DNA of 64,000 nt. Origin: Prorocentrum cordatum (taxonomy: Eukaryota). Made by a program: the position numbers and the translations under genes. Location of the stretch: positions 372,001 through 436,000 of the forward strand of contig CAUYUJ010000237.1 of NCBI GenBank assembly GCA_963575745.1. The letters are read 5' to 3'. Below the pieces are notes generated by a model, which was not told where the DNA came from, ran no database searches, and worked only from the letters and a program-made list of their open reading frames with translations. Numbering within the stretch: the stretch's first letter is position 1; every line of letters starts with the position of its first letter. Positions 52,551 through 64,000 of the stretch are shown here, piece by piece.

Positions 52551-55500
52551 CGAATTGTGTTTCTGGGAGATCATATTCATGATCGTCATTGTTGTCATGG
52601 TCATGGTCAGCGGCTGGACCAGCAAGCCCAGCCCCGAGAAATTGTGGGGTGCGCCCACTGCCCACCACCGCACGGCCCGCGGGATGGAGGGTGGGCTGCT
52701 ATTTGACCCCGTTGATGTGTACCATATTGCCCACGTTTGTCAGGTAGCGCACCCACATGTATGTGTACATATTCGCTTTATCGTCAGGACTGCGTCAATG
52801 AGTTTTGCTGACGTCTTGGACTCGCATGTCTTGCTCGATTTCTGTCCACGTACTTGGCACGAGTCTTCACATCGATAGGCCTGACTGCACCTCATGTGCT
52901 GCTTCTTTCCACGGATTTCCGTTGGTTGCCCGCAGCGCACGGGCAGAGGCATGGTGTTCCTCGCAGAGTGTTTGTGTGCGTGTAACCTCTGCGAGCATTT
53001 CCCGCGTCGCCCCCGCAGTTGATCACATCCAAGGGTTTCGGCTCGAGCATAACCTCTGCGCTTCCTGGAGAAGCGTGTTTGTGTGTTGCTTGGTTATAGT
53101 CTGGATGGGTGTCTTTGGGATGGCTCTTCCAGGGCACCCTCGGGCTCTGTTTCGCAGCCTTGCTCCATCTCGGGGCATCCTTGGAGCACTCTCGCCACCG
53201 TCCATCTACGCCCTAGCAGGTCCGAGGCAGGCGTGCAGGAGACCTGGAGAGGCCCTGCGAGGCCCAGGCGGGCTCTGCGAGGCCTCGGATCGCGTCGCGG
53301 GGCTCTGCGGGGGGCTCTCGGTCGAGAGATCCACGGACACCTCGAGTGGCTCTGGGAGGGTACGTACACTGTCTTCATTGAGATCGTGGCCCTGGGAGCG
53401 CGGATCCATCAAACGACGGGAAGCGCGGAGGGAGTTCCTGTTTGTGTTCGAGGAGAGGGCGGATGCTGTCATTCTCATGTTTTGGCACTTGCGGCGTCCC
53501 TAGAGAAGGACTGTGCTGCGGAAGCTTGGGGATTGGCGCCACATGCCAGAACAGTCCTCGGTCCGACGGGTCTGGGCAGGAGCTTCCTGGAAAGTTCCCG
53601 CGGATGCCGCCTGCCCAACCCCACTACCCCTGGAGAGCGGATGCGGGTGGCAAGAGGGGGAGAGTCGGCTGCAACGCCTGGGAGGCGCAAGACGCCTCCC
53701 AGGCGTCCTCCTCCTCCTCCTCCTCCTCTCCTCCTCCTCCTCCTCCTCCTCCACCTCCTCCTCCTCCGCCTGAGTCGCCTGGAGATCGGCAGTTGTGGTC
53801 TTCTTTGATCAAATTTGGCGTGGCGCATAGTAACAAGTTCGATCTCGCCCACCACAACATCCTATGAGTTGCCTCCAGGGGGGAACTCAGGGGCGGCCCA
53901 GCGGCGCTGTATCAGTCTAGCGCGGGTGCACGGCGACGGCTACGCGCGAATCTCGTTGGGGTCCAGGGGAGAGAGGGATGAGTTGTGTCGATGCGCTCCG
54001 AACGGTTGTAAACCTGGCCAAGCGGCTGTTTCGCGGGACGCTTCGATCGGTATGGCCGAAACGGGTGAGGAACAAGTCGGGACGAAATTCAACAGCAGTT
54101 CCAGTCCGTTTAGACAGGACGCCCCTGCCGGAGTCTCCGCGGGCGTTGTCGACTTGGGACGGAAGTTGCTTGCCCAACCGTGTCGGCGGTCGGTGTTGGA
54201 CAGCATTTACTGGTGGGTATTGTTCATATCCTTGCCGTCCCAGCTCTGGGCGTCCAAGGAGTGACCCATTGCGGAGGAGACCCATATCTCCGACGCCGTG
54301 ATTGTCTCCGTCTGTGGCACCAGGGCCTCCTCGCTCCCGAGGACAGTTTATTCATCCTGGGCTGCTTTTTGACAGCCCCAGGGGCAAGAGACAGCCCCCA
54401 GAGGCCGAATGTGGAAAAACGAGTCCACAGCCTTGATTTTACCCAGTGCGGCACCGCGCTCTGAAGCTTCTGAGCAGCAGGGGCCTCGGCGACTGACGTG
54501 TGAAGTCCTCTGGCCGCAGGCTGGCTTCTGAAGCGGGCGCCTCCTGAGGAGGCGGAGCCAGTGACGCAGGATGCCATTGTTCCGATCCCATCCTGGGCAG
54601 CCCACTTCGACCGTGCACCGGGTGGAGCGGAAGCCGCTGCTTTCGGCGGGGCGGCGGGGCGCCCGGCGGCGCCCGCGCGAGGCACCTGCTTGTACGCGCC
54701 CGAGTCGGCGCGAGAGGCGAGGATGTCCGACAGCCAAGCCATGGACGAACAGCGGCTGCGAGGCGCCGCGCACCCGCGCGCCGCTCCGAGCCCACATGCT
54801 TCCAGACGTGCCGTTGGTACGATGGGATTCCCAGTTGCACGCCACGCCATGAACAGACGGAGCCTGACGTTGGATTTGTGCTCTTTGGGAGGCGTCTCCC
54901 AGCGGCTTCCCTGCGCAGCGGCTGGATCCGCTTCGAAATTAGGCACCAGGTCGCATCCCAGGACAGGTTCGGGGGGATTTCCTATATGCAGACATGGCGA
55001 AACATTGTCGTGGAGGAAAGAGTTCCTCAAGTTTTTGCTTGTTTTGTGTTCGAGGTCCCAGGGCCCTCTCACAGGCCACGTGGCCGTGAATATCGGTTCG
55101 GGGATGAGAAGCCGGTCTTGGATGAAGCCCTGGGGGTTAGGGGTCCGTTTCGTCAGGGTCATATTCTGTCTCGTGACAGATGTTGCCAGATGCGTGGTTG
55201 GAGACGCCTGGAGTCCACCGAGTGGTGTGGAGTATGGAGGGCTCCGTGCGGTCCGAATAGAGGTGTGTTAAATGGGGGGCTACGGAAACTGCTGCGTGCA
55301 GCCGATTTCGTATCCATCGCCAGTAACTTCTTCCTTCGATGCAAGGGCACGACGAGGCGCCCGAACTTTACGTGCAGCTGATTCGCCAGACCACCTTTGG
55401 CTACGCCCCCCTCCCCGTCCCCCGAGAGGAGGGCGAACGCAGCGGCTGTGGTGGTTCTTTATGTGCTGGGGGGAGGTTCTGCCTTAGGTCGGCCCATGCC

Positions 55501-56989
55501 CTACAGCTCCTGCGTTCCTGCCGTCATCGCTCCTCCTCCCCAACTCCCTCCCTGTCTCTCCACTGATTCATTATGTCATCTCCCACCTGCTCCTCCTCCT
55601 CCCCCTCCTCCTCCTCCTCCTCCTCCTCCTCCTCCTCTTCCATCTTCACCTCGTAAACCCTGTTCCCCTGGCCCTTTCCTCCTGCCCCCTGCTCCTTCAT
55701 TCCCATCCTCCCCCTTCCTCCGATTTTGGTTGCACCCCATCGGCGCTTCCGGGAAACCGCGTACGCAGCTCTTCGGGCCATGTCCCGACGTCCCGACCTT
55801 TGGGTGTTCGTGCGCGGGGTCTCGGGCGGCGTCGTCCCAATAAGAGAAAGTAGGACAAGGAGGAGAAGGAGGAGGACGTGGGGGCCCTCCCTCGACTCGC
55901 TTCCCCCCTCGAGCGGCTCCGCCCTGGTTGCCTCCGATGCGGTTCTGTGCTCTACTCGGTCTCGATATCGATGGGTGTGAGCGTCATCGGGCGGAGGGGA
56001 GTAGAGGAGGAGGAGGAGTAGGAGGAGGAGAGTGGTGGAGGAAGACGGGGTAGGGAATATAGGACGAACGTGAGAAGCAGGAGAAGAAGGAGGAGCAGGA
56101 GGAGGACTTGAGGTGATATAGCTTAGAGGCCTCTCAACCCCGTTGGTGGGCCCAGCTACCTGGTTTCACCACCCTATAGGGCACAGCGGCCCGTGTTGCC
56201 GCGCCTGGAACGGCTGTGGCCGACGTTCCCCCCTCTTGGGCCACCTAAGCAGACCAGATGGGGTGCCGCGCCTGCAACGGCTGCGTGACCGACTCGGGGC
56301 CACCTAAGCAGGCCAGAGGGGGGAAGAGGTATTTTGTGCTTGGGGGGGCACGATCTGTCCGCCCAGGCGGCCCATGGGGCTGAAGCCCCTATCTCAAGTC
56401 ACGGAATCGGTGCGCCATTCGGGGCTGGAGAAGACCACGATTCATAGTCGCGCGTCTCATTCTATTTCCCAGTATATGGCAGAGATATCATGATGGACGA
56501 TCTGATGTTTTCCATGAGAGAGACCCTGCATCAGCACAGAGCGGAGATAGGCACATATTCTTCCAGGCACATTGAAGGGCTTGCTTTTGCGTCCGGGTGC
56601 TGCGTTCGATGTTGGCAACGCACAACATTGTTTATCCCATTTGGTGTGATATAGGGTTTGTGAGCGCAGAGCTATCCTACTCACGTTTCGGAGAACCCTA
56701 CGGCCCAGAACTCCTGCCGGCTTTTGGGGTAGTTGGACATGCAAACCAACGATTGTCCCACTTAGTGGGGTCGATGGTTTTTGAGCACAGGGCTAACCTA
56801 CACATGTTTGAGGAAGCCTTTGGTCCAGACCTCCCGCCGTCGTCGGGGACCACTGTCGGCAACGCGCAGCATCGTTGATCCCACTAAGTGCGACGCCTGG
56901 CTTCTGCGGCCTGTAGACGAGTCGCTGGATCGGGCGCGCCCTGCGCGAGATCCGGGGCGATGGCCGCCGAGCGCCCGTGAGCACCAGCA

Positions 56990-57301
56990 CAATGTGCGCC
57001 GGAGGCAACGAATGGGGTAACAAGCTCAAGGAGGCCAGCGACAAAGACTTGGCCAAGGCCCAGAGCCAAGGCCCAGAGCAAGGCCAAGTCCAAGCCCTTC
57101 AAGGACCCCGCGGCGGTAGAGCCGAAGCACGCCACCTTCGAGGAGGCAAGCGCTGCCGCCCAGGACTGCGCCAAGTGCCTCCCGTGCAAGGGCGTCTCCA
57201 ACGGGCGCCCCGCCTGCATGGGCGAGTGGTTCGAGGTCGTGCGCAAGAGAGGTTTCTCGGCCAGGAGCGCCAAGGACCTTTCTTGCGCAGGCAAGCTGTA
57301 G
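56990..57301 (+). pseudogene. Frameshifted coding fragment, K/A-rich with a Cys motif
   Basis: KLKEASDKDLAKAQ, then in a shifted frame AKAQSKAKSKPFKDP...QDCAKCLPCKGVSNGRPACMGEWFEVVRKRGF...TAG. High GC3; family not recognised. Confidence 0.45.
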
Positions 57302-57719
57302 CCACGAGCCTCGAGATCTCTCGAGCCATTCTTCCGCCAAGATCTACAAGGTCAGGTTGCACGCGCGCCCAAGATCATCATCGTCATCGTATTCGTCATC
57401 GTCCTCATCGCGACCGTCATCACCAGCATCATCATCATCATCGCCATACCATCACCTTCGCCGGGGAAATCGTTGATTATCCCCGCCAGACCACCGAACT
57501 TGATTATCCCCATGGGATAATTATCTGGCGCGCATGGTTATCGAATTGCGTTGCCACGGGGAGGAGGGGGAGGAGGAAAAGGAGGAGAAGGAAGAGGATA
57601 ACGGAGAGGACGGGGATCGAAACGACAGAGGATGATGAGCTCGAGAAATCCAAAGCGGATGATGGTGATGCTTTTGCAGGCGGGGTGGAATGATGGTAAA
57701 GAGGAAGAGGAGGAGGAGG

Positions 57720-57757
<38 letters not shown>

Positions 57758-58124
57758 AAGCATAATCACGAATTGGAGGGGAAGGAGGAGGAGGAGGAGG
57801 AGGAGGAGGAGGAGGGAAGAGGAGGTGGAGGAGGACGGGAAGAAGGTGGGGGAAAGGCTTGAGGAGGAGGGGGGGGGAGGATAGCGGAGGAATATTGGGC
57901 TGGCCTCCGGCCAGTGCCGCCGATCCGGGGGGGGTGAGACTTGGGGACTTCTTGGAGGTTTCTGGAACTGTTATCGGGGCATCTTGGGCGGCTCGAGCGA
58001 TGTTTCGGCGATTCGGGGCCCTCTCATTGTCTAGGGGGCCTCTGGGGCCTCTCTTGGCTTCCTCTTGGGCTGTCTTGGGCGGTCGGGGCTCGGGAAGTGA
58101 AGTTTTCTATGCCCCCCTGTCCCC

Positions 58125-58226
58125 GGGTACCGAAAAACTTCGGAAATGGCGTCGGAAATATCCTGTGTACCGAACAACGTCGGAAATGACGTCGGAAATA
58201 ACGTACCCCCCCCCCCCCCTACACTG
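58125..58226. mobile_element. Possible DNA-transposon terminus with subterminal repeats
   Basis: Four tcggaaat repeats followed by ...ccctacactg (reverse CAGTGTAGGG, hAT-like). No partner end found. Confidence 0.35.
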
Positions 58227-61200
58227 CAGAGCGAAGCTTGAGCGAGCTCAAGTCCACGCTCTCACAAACTCGCACGCCGGATCGGCGGATTTGCGAGGCT
58301 GCGGCGGGGGAAATGAAACGGGAGGCAACGGACGAGAAGGGGATCGATGGCGACGTGGAGGAGAAGGATAATGACCGCTCGGGGAAGACAAGGAGGAGGA
58401 AGCGAAGGAGGAGGGGTAGGATGATTACCAGGAGTAGGGCGAGAGGTAATGAGGTCGGTGATGCGGAAAATGGATGGGGAGGGGGGAGGGATGGCGAAAC
58501 GAGCAGGAAGGAGGGGAAGGAGGACGAGGAGGATGGGGGCTGCGGAGGGGGATTGCCAAGGACCACCCTGCTTTGGCCGCATGGTTGCACGACTGCTCAC
58601 CGGCGCGGCTGGGAGCCAAGACGAGACCGCATGCTGGCAGCAGCGTGAGCTTCTCCCGAGCGGTGAGCAGGGCATCTTCACGTGCCCTCGCGTCTGCGCG
58701 GCAAGTTTCCGTCGTGTTGCCAATCGACTGCCCTTTCCCAGTCGTTGCGCGGCCGAGGCGATGTGTTCAGGGTGAATCCTGAGATCAGCAAGTTCTTGCA
58801 GGCCGATCGTTCGGACCCGCGTATGCTTCGCTGCTCTGCCTGCGAGGGAGGTGGAGCCCTCAAGAGCGTGTATACCGAATGATGCAGCCATCTTGCCACT
58901 TTTAGACCGTGCGGCCCCCGTCAACGATCTGGCGAGATAGGCGAAGGCGCGAGGGTCCTCAGGCCCTCAGACAGACACTAGGGCCCGAAGACCGAGGGCG
59001 CGAGTCTCGTGAGCTTCATCGAGGCCGTCTTGAGGATCTCTTGGGGCCGTTGTTGGCCCACCTTGGGGCCTTCCTGGGACCCATTCGCGCCGTCTTGGGA
59101 CTCTTGAATTCTTGAGCCTCTCTGGACGGGCTCTTGGGACGTATTGGGTTCCTCCATGCCAACGTGGCACTCTTGTGCAGTATTGGGGCCCTCGTGTCGC
59201 GGGGCTCTTTTAGGACACCTTTGAGTCGTCTCGGGGCTTCTGGAGGCCATCGTGGGCAATATTCGCCTGGTCGTGGTGCACTGTTGAGTCATCATGGGCA
59301 GGTAATATTGGCGGCGTCTTTGGTGGCCATTTTAGGGCCACCTCGTGTCCGTCTTGGACCGTGCGCCCTCCTGGCCGTCTGGTGGCGTCCGAGAGTGAAT
59401 CTTGAGGCAACTACAGCGGTCAGAGGGGCTGAGCCCCACCTCGGCCGGCTTTCTCGTTATTGCAGCTCCCCCCCAAGTGGACAGCAGGGATGGGACAGGA
59501 CTGGACAGACAAGAGCGACGGCATATGGCGAGGGAGAAGATCGGATGGGAAGACAAGCAAGGCAGCAGTCCCGGCAGTGGGTGCCACGGCATAGCGCCCA
59601 AGGTGGTTGGCGGATTATTGTTGTTTGCATTTTTGTTTCGGTTGTTGGACGGCGCACCTCAGCCTGAAATGTGAATGCGCGGGCCACGGTCATCTTGACC
59701 CCCCCCCCGTGCGTGCTCAACAACGTTGGGCCAACGTCCATAGGGGGGCGTACGGGGGAGGGAGGGAGGCAGGGAGGTCTGAGTGAGGACAGCGCTTTCT
59801 CGCGGCGCCCACAGGCCATCGGCTCCATGCTGTTGACAGTGATGCTCGCATCTCCGCCCGTCGCTGGCACTTGCGAGTAACTGTGCGGTCCTGAGCAGTG
59901 GACAATTAATTTCCTCTGAGTGGTCGGAGGGTTGGACCAGTTTCTCCAGGAACCTTGTGTCCTCGGAGTACCCTGCCGCTTGCCTTTAACTGTGTGTTGA
60001 CTTGAACAACTAGGCTGTCGGTTCGACGCGTCGCTTGTTGTGACATTGCAGTTCGGCGTGTTTCCAGCTGATCCTTAGCTCGCCACTACCCTTTAGCTTG
60101 CTTGCAGCTCCGTTTGGCCAGGTCTGGTCATCTTTCCTTCAGCTGCAGTTTCATGCTTATTTTGCTCGGGCAGCCTCTCTGCAATGGTTTCGGCCTGCCC
60201 TCGACGGCCTGTATGTGACGTGTAGTTGACTTGTACTCTGTGGCTTTGAAGCAGTAAATGCGCCGCGTGCTCCCTCCCGGCTTGAGTACTGGTTTTAGCT
60301 AGGATATTCATTGCTGTTGTTGGACTAGCGTCACGTATGTAGCATATCCGCAAATTTGTCTTTGGCTTGCCGTTCGCTTACAACTAGCTTGTGCCTGAAT
60401 GTTGCGTACCTCGCGCTTACAAAGCTCAATTGTCATTCGGCGTGCCAAATTTCGCTTGTCTAGCGCAAGTGCTCGTTTGTTTGCTGTCTGCAACAGCCTT
60501 CGGCTGACATCTAACTGCTTGCATCTGTCTCGCTTGTCGATTGCCATTATGTTGCACTCATATGGTGGTTGCAGTGCCTTTCCCCCAGCAAGGATGATCT
60601 GCAACGTCAGCCTCCAAACTCACATGCCATTTGTTGTACATTTGATGCCCGAGGGCATCGCATCATTACCCACGTTCTCAGGACTTGGTCAGATTGCAGC
60701 TTGTCTTTCACGTGCGCTCCTTTGCCGTCCCTGCCTTTGGCCCGCTGCTGATATTCAGCTTGTTCGTCGGTTGCCTTTGAATTCGTATCAGGCTCGACGC
60801 TTGAATTTGAATTGCTCATCGTGTTGCACAGCATTGCTTCCACATAGGGTGGCCTCAGCTCTTCCAGCGAGGCCCAGATGGCCTCCCGAGCACCCCTCAC
60901 GAGGCCCAGCGGGTCCTAGGGTATGACAGGTGGCGCGAAAAGCTGGGGGGCACCTGGGGCCAGGACCACCCTCCGGCAGCCGCCAACCTGCTGCCTGAGC
61001 AACTGCGGGCGCAGGCCCTCTGCGTCGGCTTCGGCTATACTGACCAGTATGAGCAGTGCAAGGAGGCAGACCCCACGAGCTGCGAGGAGCCCACGGCGGT
61101 CGGCCGGGATTGCAGGAAGTTGGCTGGCGACGGACGGTACAGCACAAATTTGTCCCTCGTCGGGGGCGCCTGTCCCAGAGCCGGTTGGGCAATTTGTGTC

Positions 61201-64000
61201 CCCACCGCCGCACGCACCATGGCGGGGAGGGGGACAATTCCCAGCTTCTCTGGGACAGGCGCCCCCGGTGGCTCCTCGCCCGCTGAGGAACGGGGCCCTC
61301 GAGGAATGGAGTCCCGAAGTTGTGTTCGCCGTGTTCGGCCTCTGGGGCCCTCGCTGTGCCCAGGGGCCGTCCCGTGCATGGGATGACGACTTGGTCCCAG
61401 GGAGCACCCCTGGGATGACATCTCCGGGTGAGCCACGGGGTCCAGGGCCCGCTTCTTTCGCTCTCGCGCCATGCCAGGAGGGATCGATGGAGAAGGACGG
61501 AGGGCGGAGGGTGGAGCGCCATGAACGCCACGAACGGCGGGGTATCGGCCGATACTCAACGATCTGCGCTGGCGGATAGCCGCAATCAGTCAGTGAGGAA
61601 CCACCCAGACGGTGTCAGGAACCAATGCCGACGTCATCACGACAGGACGAGCCGAAGCCTCTTGCTCGTGGTTCTCGTGTTTATCATGCTGCTCCTCTGC
61701 TTCCTTTGTCTCCTGCCTCTCCTGCTTTTATCCCATGTGCATCCTCTGTCTCAGGCTTCTCTGCGTCCCGCCCCTCCTGCGTCCTCTGTTTCCCCTGCTG
61801 CCTCCCTGCAAGCAGGAGGGCGTTCTCGTCCTCCGCCGCCGTTCTGTCTCGGGAGCGGCTGGCAAGCAGTTTGGCTACAGCGCCAACTCGCAGCTGCCGT
61901 CGCCGTGACCGCTGGCCAGAACAGCAGCGGCTGCTGGTCGCTTCAGCTCGTGATCGACAATTCTGCGCTGGTCGCGTGAGCGCGCGTCGGCAGTTGTGCT
62001 CCGCTCGGTCGCAGTTCGCCTGGTCTTGACAGGCCCCCTGAGGGACCGCGAGGTCTGCGGCGGCCCCCCGACCTGAGGTCTGCCAAGGTCTCTGGATGCC
62101 CCCGAAGGTTCCTGCGAGACGCCTGGCGGCCCTATATGTCCCCAGAGGCATCCAGAAGCCCAGACAGGGCCCAAAGCGCTCGAACACCTCGATCCTCGAC
62201 CTGGCAACCTCGACGTTCTTCCCCCCTTCCTTCTCCGTGTCGGCTTCTGCAATGGAGAGAGAAGGAACCTTGCGAACGAAAGCAAGTGTGAGCGAGGGGT
62301 GCCCCACGCGAAGACGGAGGTGTGCGTCCTTCATCGCTTCAAGGAAGGGCCGCCTCGCCTCCCTGGAGGCATCGCTGTCCCGACCAGTTCGTCTTGGGGA
62401 AATCCGCCTCCTCGATCCTCGACCTTGCTCCTCCATCTTAGATCCAGTGTTTAGCATGCCCAGGCGCTCTGGCTTGTCCCAGGTTCCCTGGCGGGCACCG
62501 CCCCTGTGGATACTGCCGTGCCTGGTGCCAGGCTTCACGACTGTGCTCACCATCGGTTCAGCGTCGTTGAGTGAGGCCTCTCCGATAGGGCACGGGCGTC
62601 CGCGCTCATCCCACTGTCCCGCCACCACCTGTGTTCGGCGGTGGACGGCCTCGCCGCGCGACCCGATCCGCCAAGCCGCGCGACCCGATCCGACGGGCCG
62701 CGGGGGCGACGCCGGCGGGGTGGACGCCCGCGCCGCCCTCGCGCTGCCCCCCGCCTCTCTCCCTTGAGCATCGCGCGCGGGGTGCGGCGCCTCGGACGCC
62801 CTCGCCAGCGTCGACGCCGCGGCCCAAGGTCTCCCATGTCGATGCTTCTCGTTGGCGCTTCCCCAACGGGGCCTCTCGCCCCCGCGTGCGGGCGGGCGCC
62901 GTGCGCGAGGCGCGCCGCGCTCGCCGGCCTCTGCGCGGCTGGGGAGGAGGCGGCCCAAGGCTCTGAAAGCGAGCACACGCAATTTCTCCGCCCCAGGCGC
63001 CCTCGAACGTTACGGGCCCGATCACGGGCGCTCCGAGGGTGATGCACGGGCGGGGGTCCCCCCCCCCGCTGGCGCGGGTCTCTCGGCCCCGAGCCGGGGC
63101 CGAGCTGTTCCGGGCTGCTCCTCCCGAGTCGTCTCTCGACGGTCCTTGGGCGAGTCGCTCGATTCTGGTGGGGGGTCTCGGCTGAGCGCCCGCGCCGGCT
63201 CCTCGCCGCCGCGGGCCCTGCGCTGGCGGCGAGCGCAGGGTGGGGTGGATTGGGGGCAACGGTCAAGGGGGATGGGCCTCAGGGGGCACGCATCGACCCC
63301 CTGGCGCCCATTGATCGCCGAAATGGGGCCCGCCAGCCCCACCCCGCCCAGGAGCGTGCGGGCGCGCTGTCGGTGGCCCATCGCCGGTCTATCGGCGATG
63401 CATCGCGGATTCCAGCTCGTGTTTCGCTCGTGGTTCCTCTCCTGGGCCAGTCCCCCCAGACGTTGCCAATCCGTCGGCGATGTACTGCAGATTCGAACCC
63501 GATGTTCCCCCACCCCTGAGCTGGTCCCTCCCTCAAGGGTGCCCCTCGGGGGCGGCCTTCTCAGAGGGCGGGGGGGGCTTCTCTCCAGGAGGCGAGAGTC
63601 AATCTTCGGCGGCTGCCCTGCAGACCAGGCGGGGCCTCTGGGAAATCCCCTGGCCTTCTGATGGGCTGCTGAGAAGGCCGCCCCTCCCCCCCGAGCCACC
63701 CCCCTGTGCGCGCCGCTGGCTCTCGGTGGAGGTCTCCGGGGGCATGCTGGCCATCGTGTGCAACATAGGCGCCGCCCGCCCCTGCCACGGCATGTCGGTG
63801 CCCGAGGACGGAGGTCTTTGGGGGTGTTCCTTCCGTTCGTGGCCCTTCTGCGGAGGCTCCTCGTCGCAACGGCCGGACCCACCTCGAGATTATGAGCGGA
63901 GCGCTCTTCGGAACGGTCCGGGGGATCGAGATTCGACACCCACACCCAGAGCCCCTCGCCTCCTCCTCCCCCTCCTGCTCTGTCGTCTCAGTCTTTCTCG

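Noticed and set aside
61684..63945. Long GC-rich ORFs at the right end
   Set aside because: Open in many overlapping frames, Arg/Gly/Pro-biased, with no motifs.

Overview
This is GC-rich, repeat-dominated eukaryotic DNA. Frequent GC-AG introns with AG|G junctions and the repeat style suggest a dinoflagellate (inference, not proven). No rRNA, tRNA or CRISPR array was recognised. Two different retrotransposons lie on the minus strand. (1) 1-~2905 is the 5' part of an intron-less DIRS-like element: a small two-helix membrane-like ORF, a gag-like ORF and an RT with YVDN that runs off the window, so no recombinase is seen. (2) 27484-34568 is a full-length tyrosine-recombinase (YR) element with split direct repeats (A1-ORFs-B1-A2-B2, Ngaro/PAT-type), gag-like, RT/RNase H and YR ORFs. 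The main finding is that its ORFs are split by nine predicted spliceosomal-type introns (seven GC-AG, two GT-AG; eight are 49-67 nt). Removing them joins the fragmented ORFs into coherent proteins, while the RT/RNase H core has none. Its B1/A2 junction also has a nested inverted-repeat or pseudoknot-like structure. The rest is microsatellites, related minisatellites (41, 63, 73, ~90-101 bp), tandem segmental duplications, (TTG)n-separated modular repeats, two probable exons of a host GT11-like glycosyltransferase gene and decayed coding fragments.
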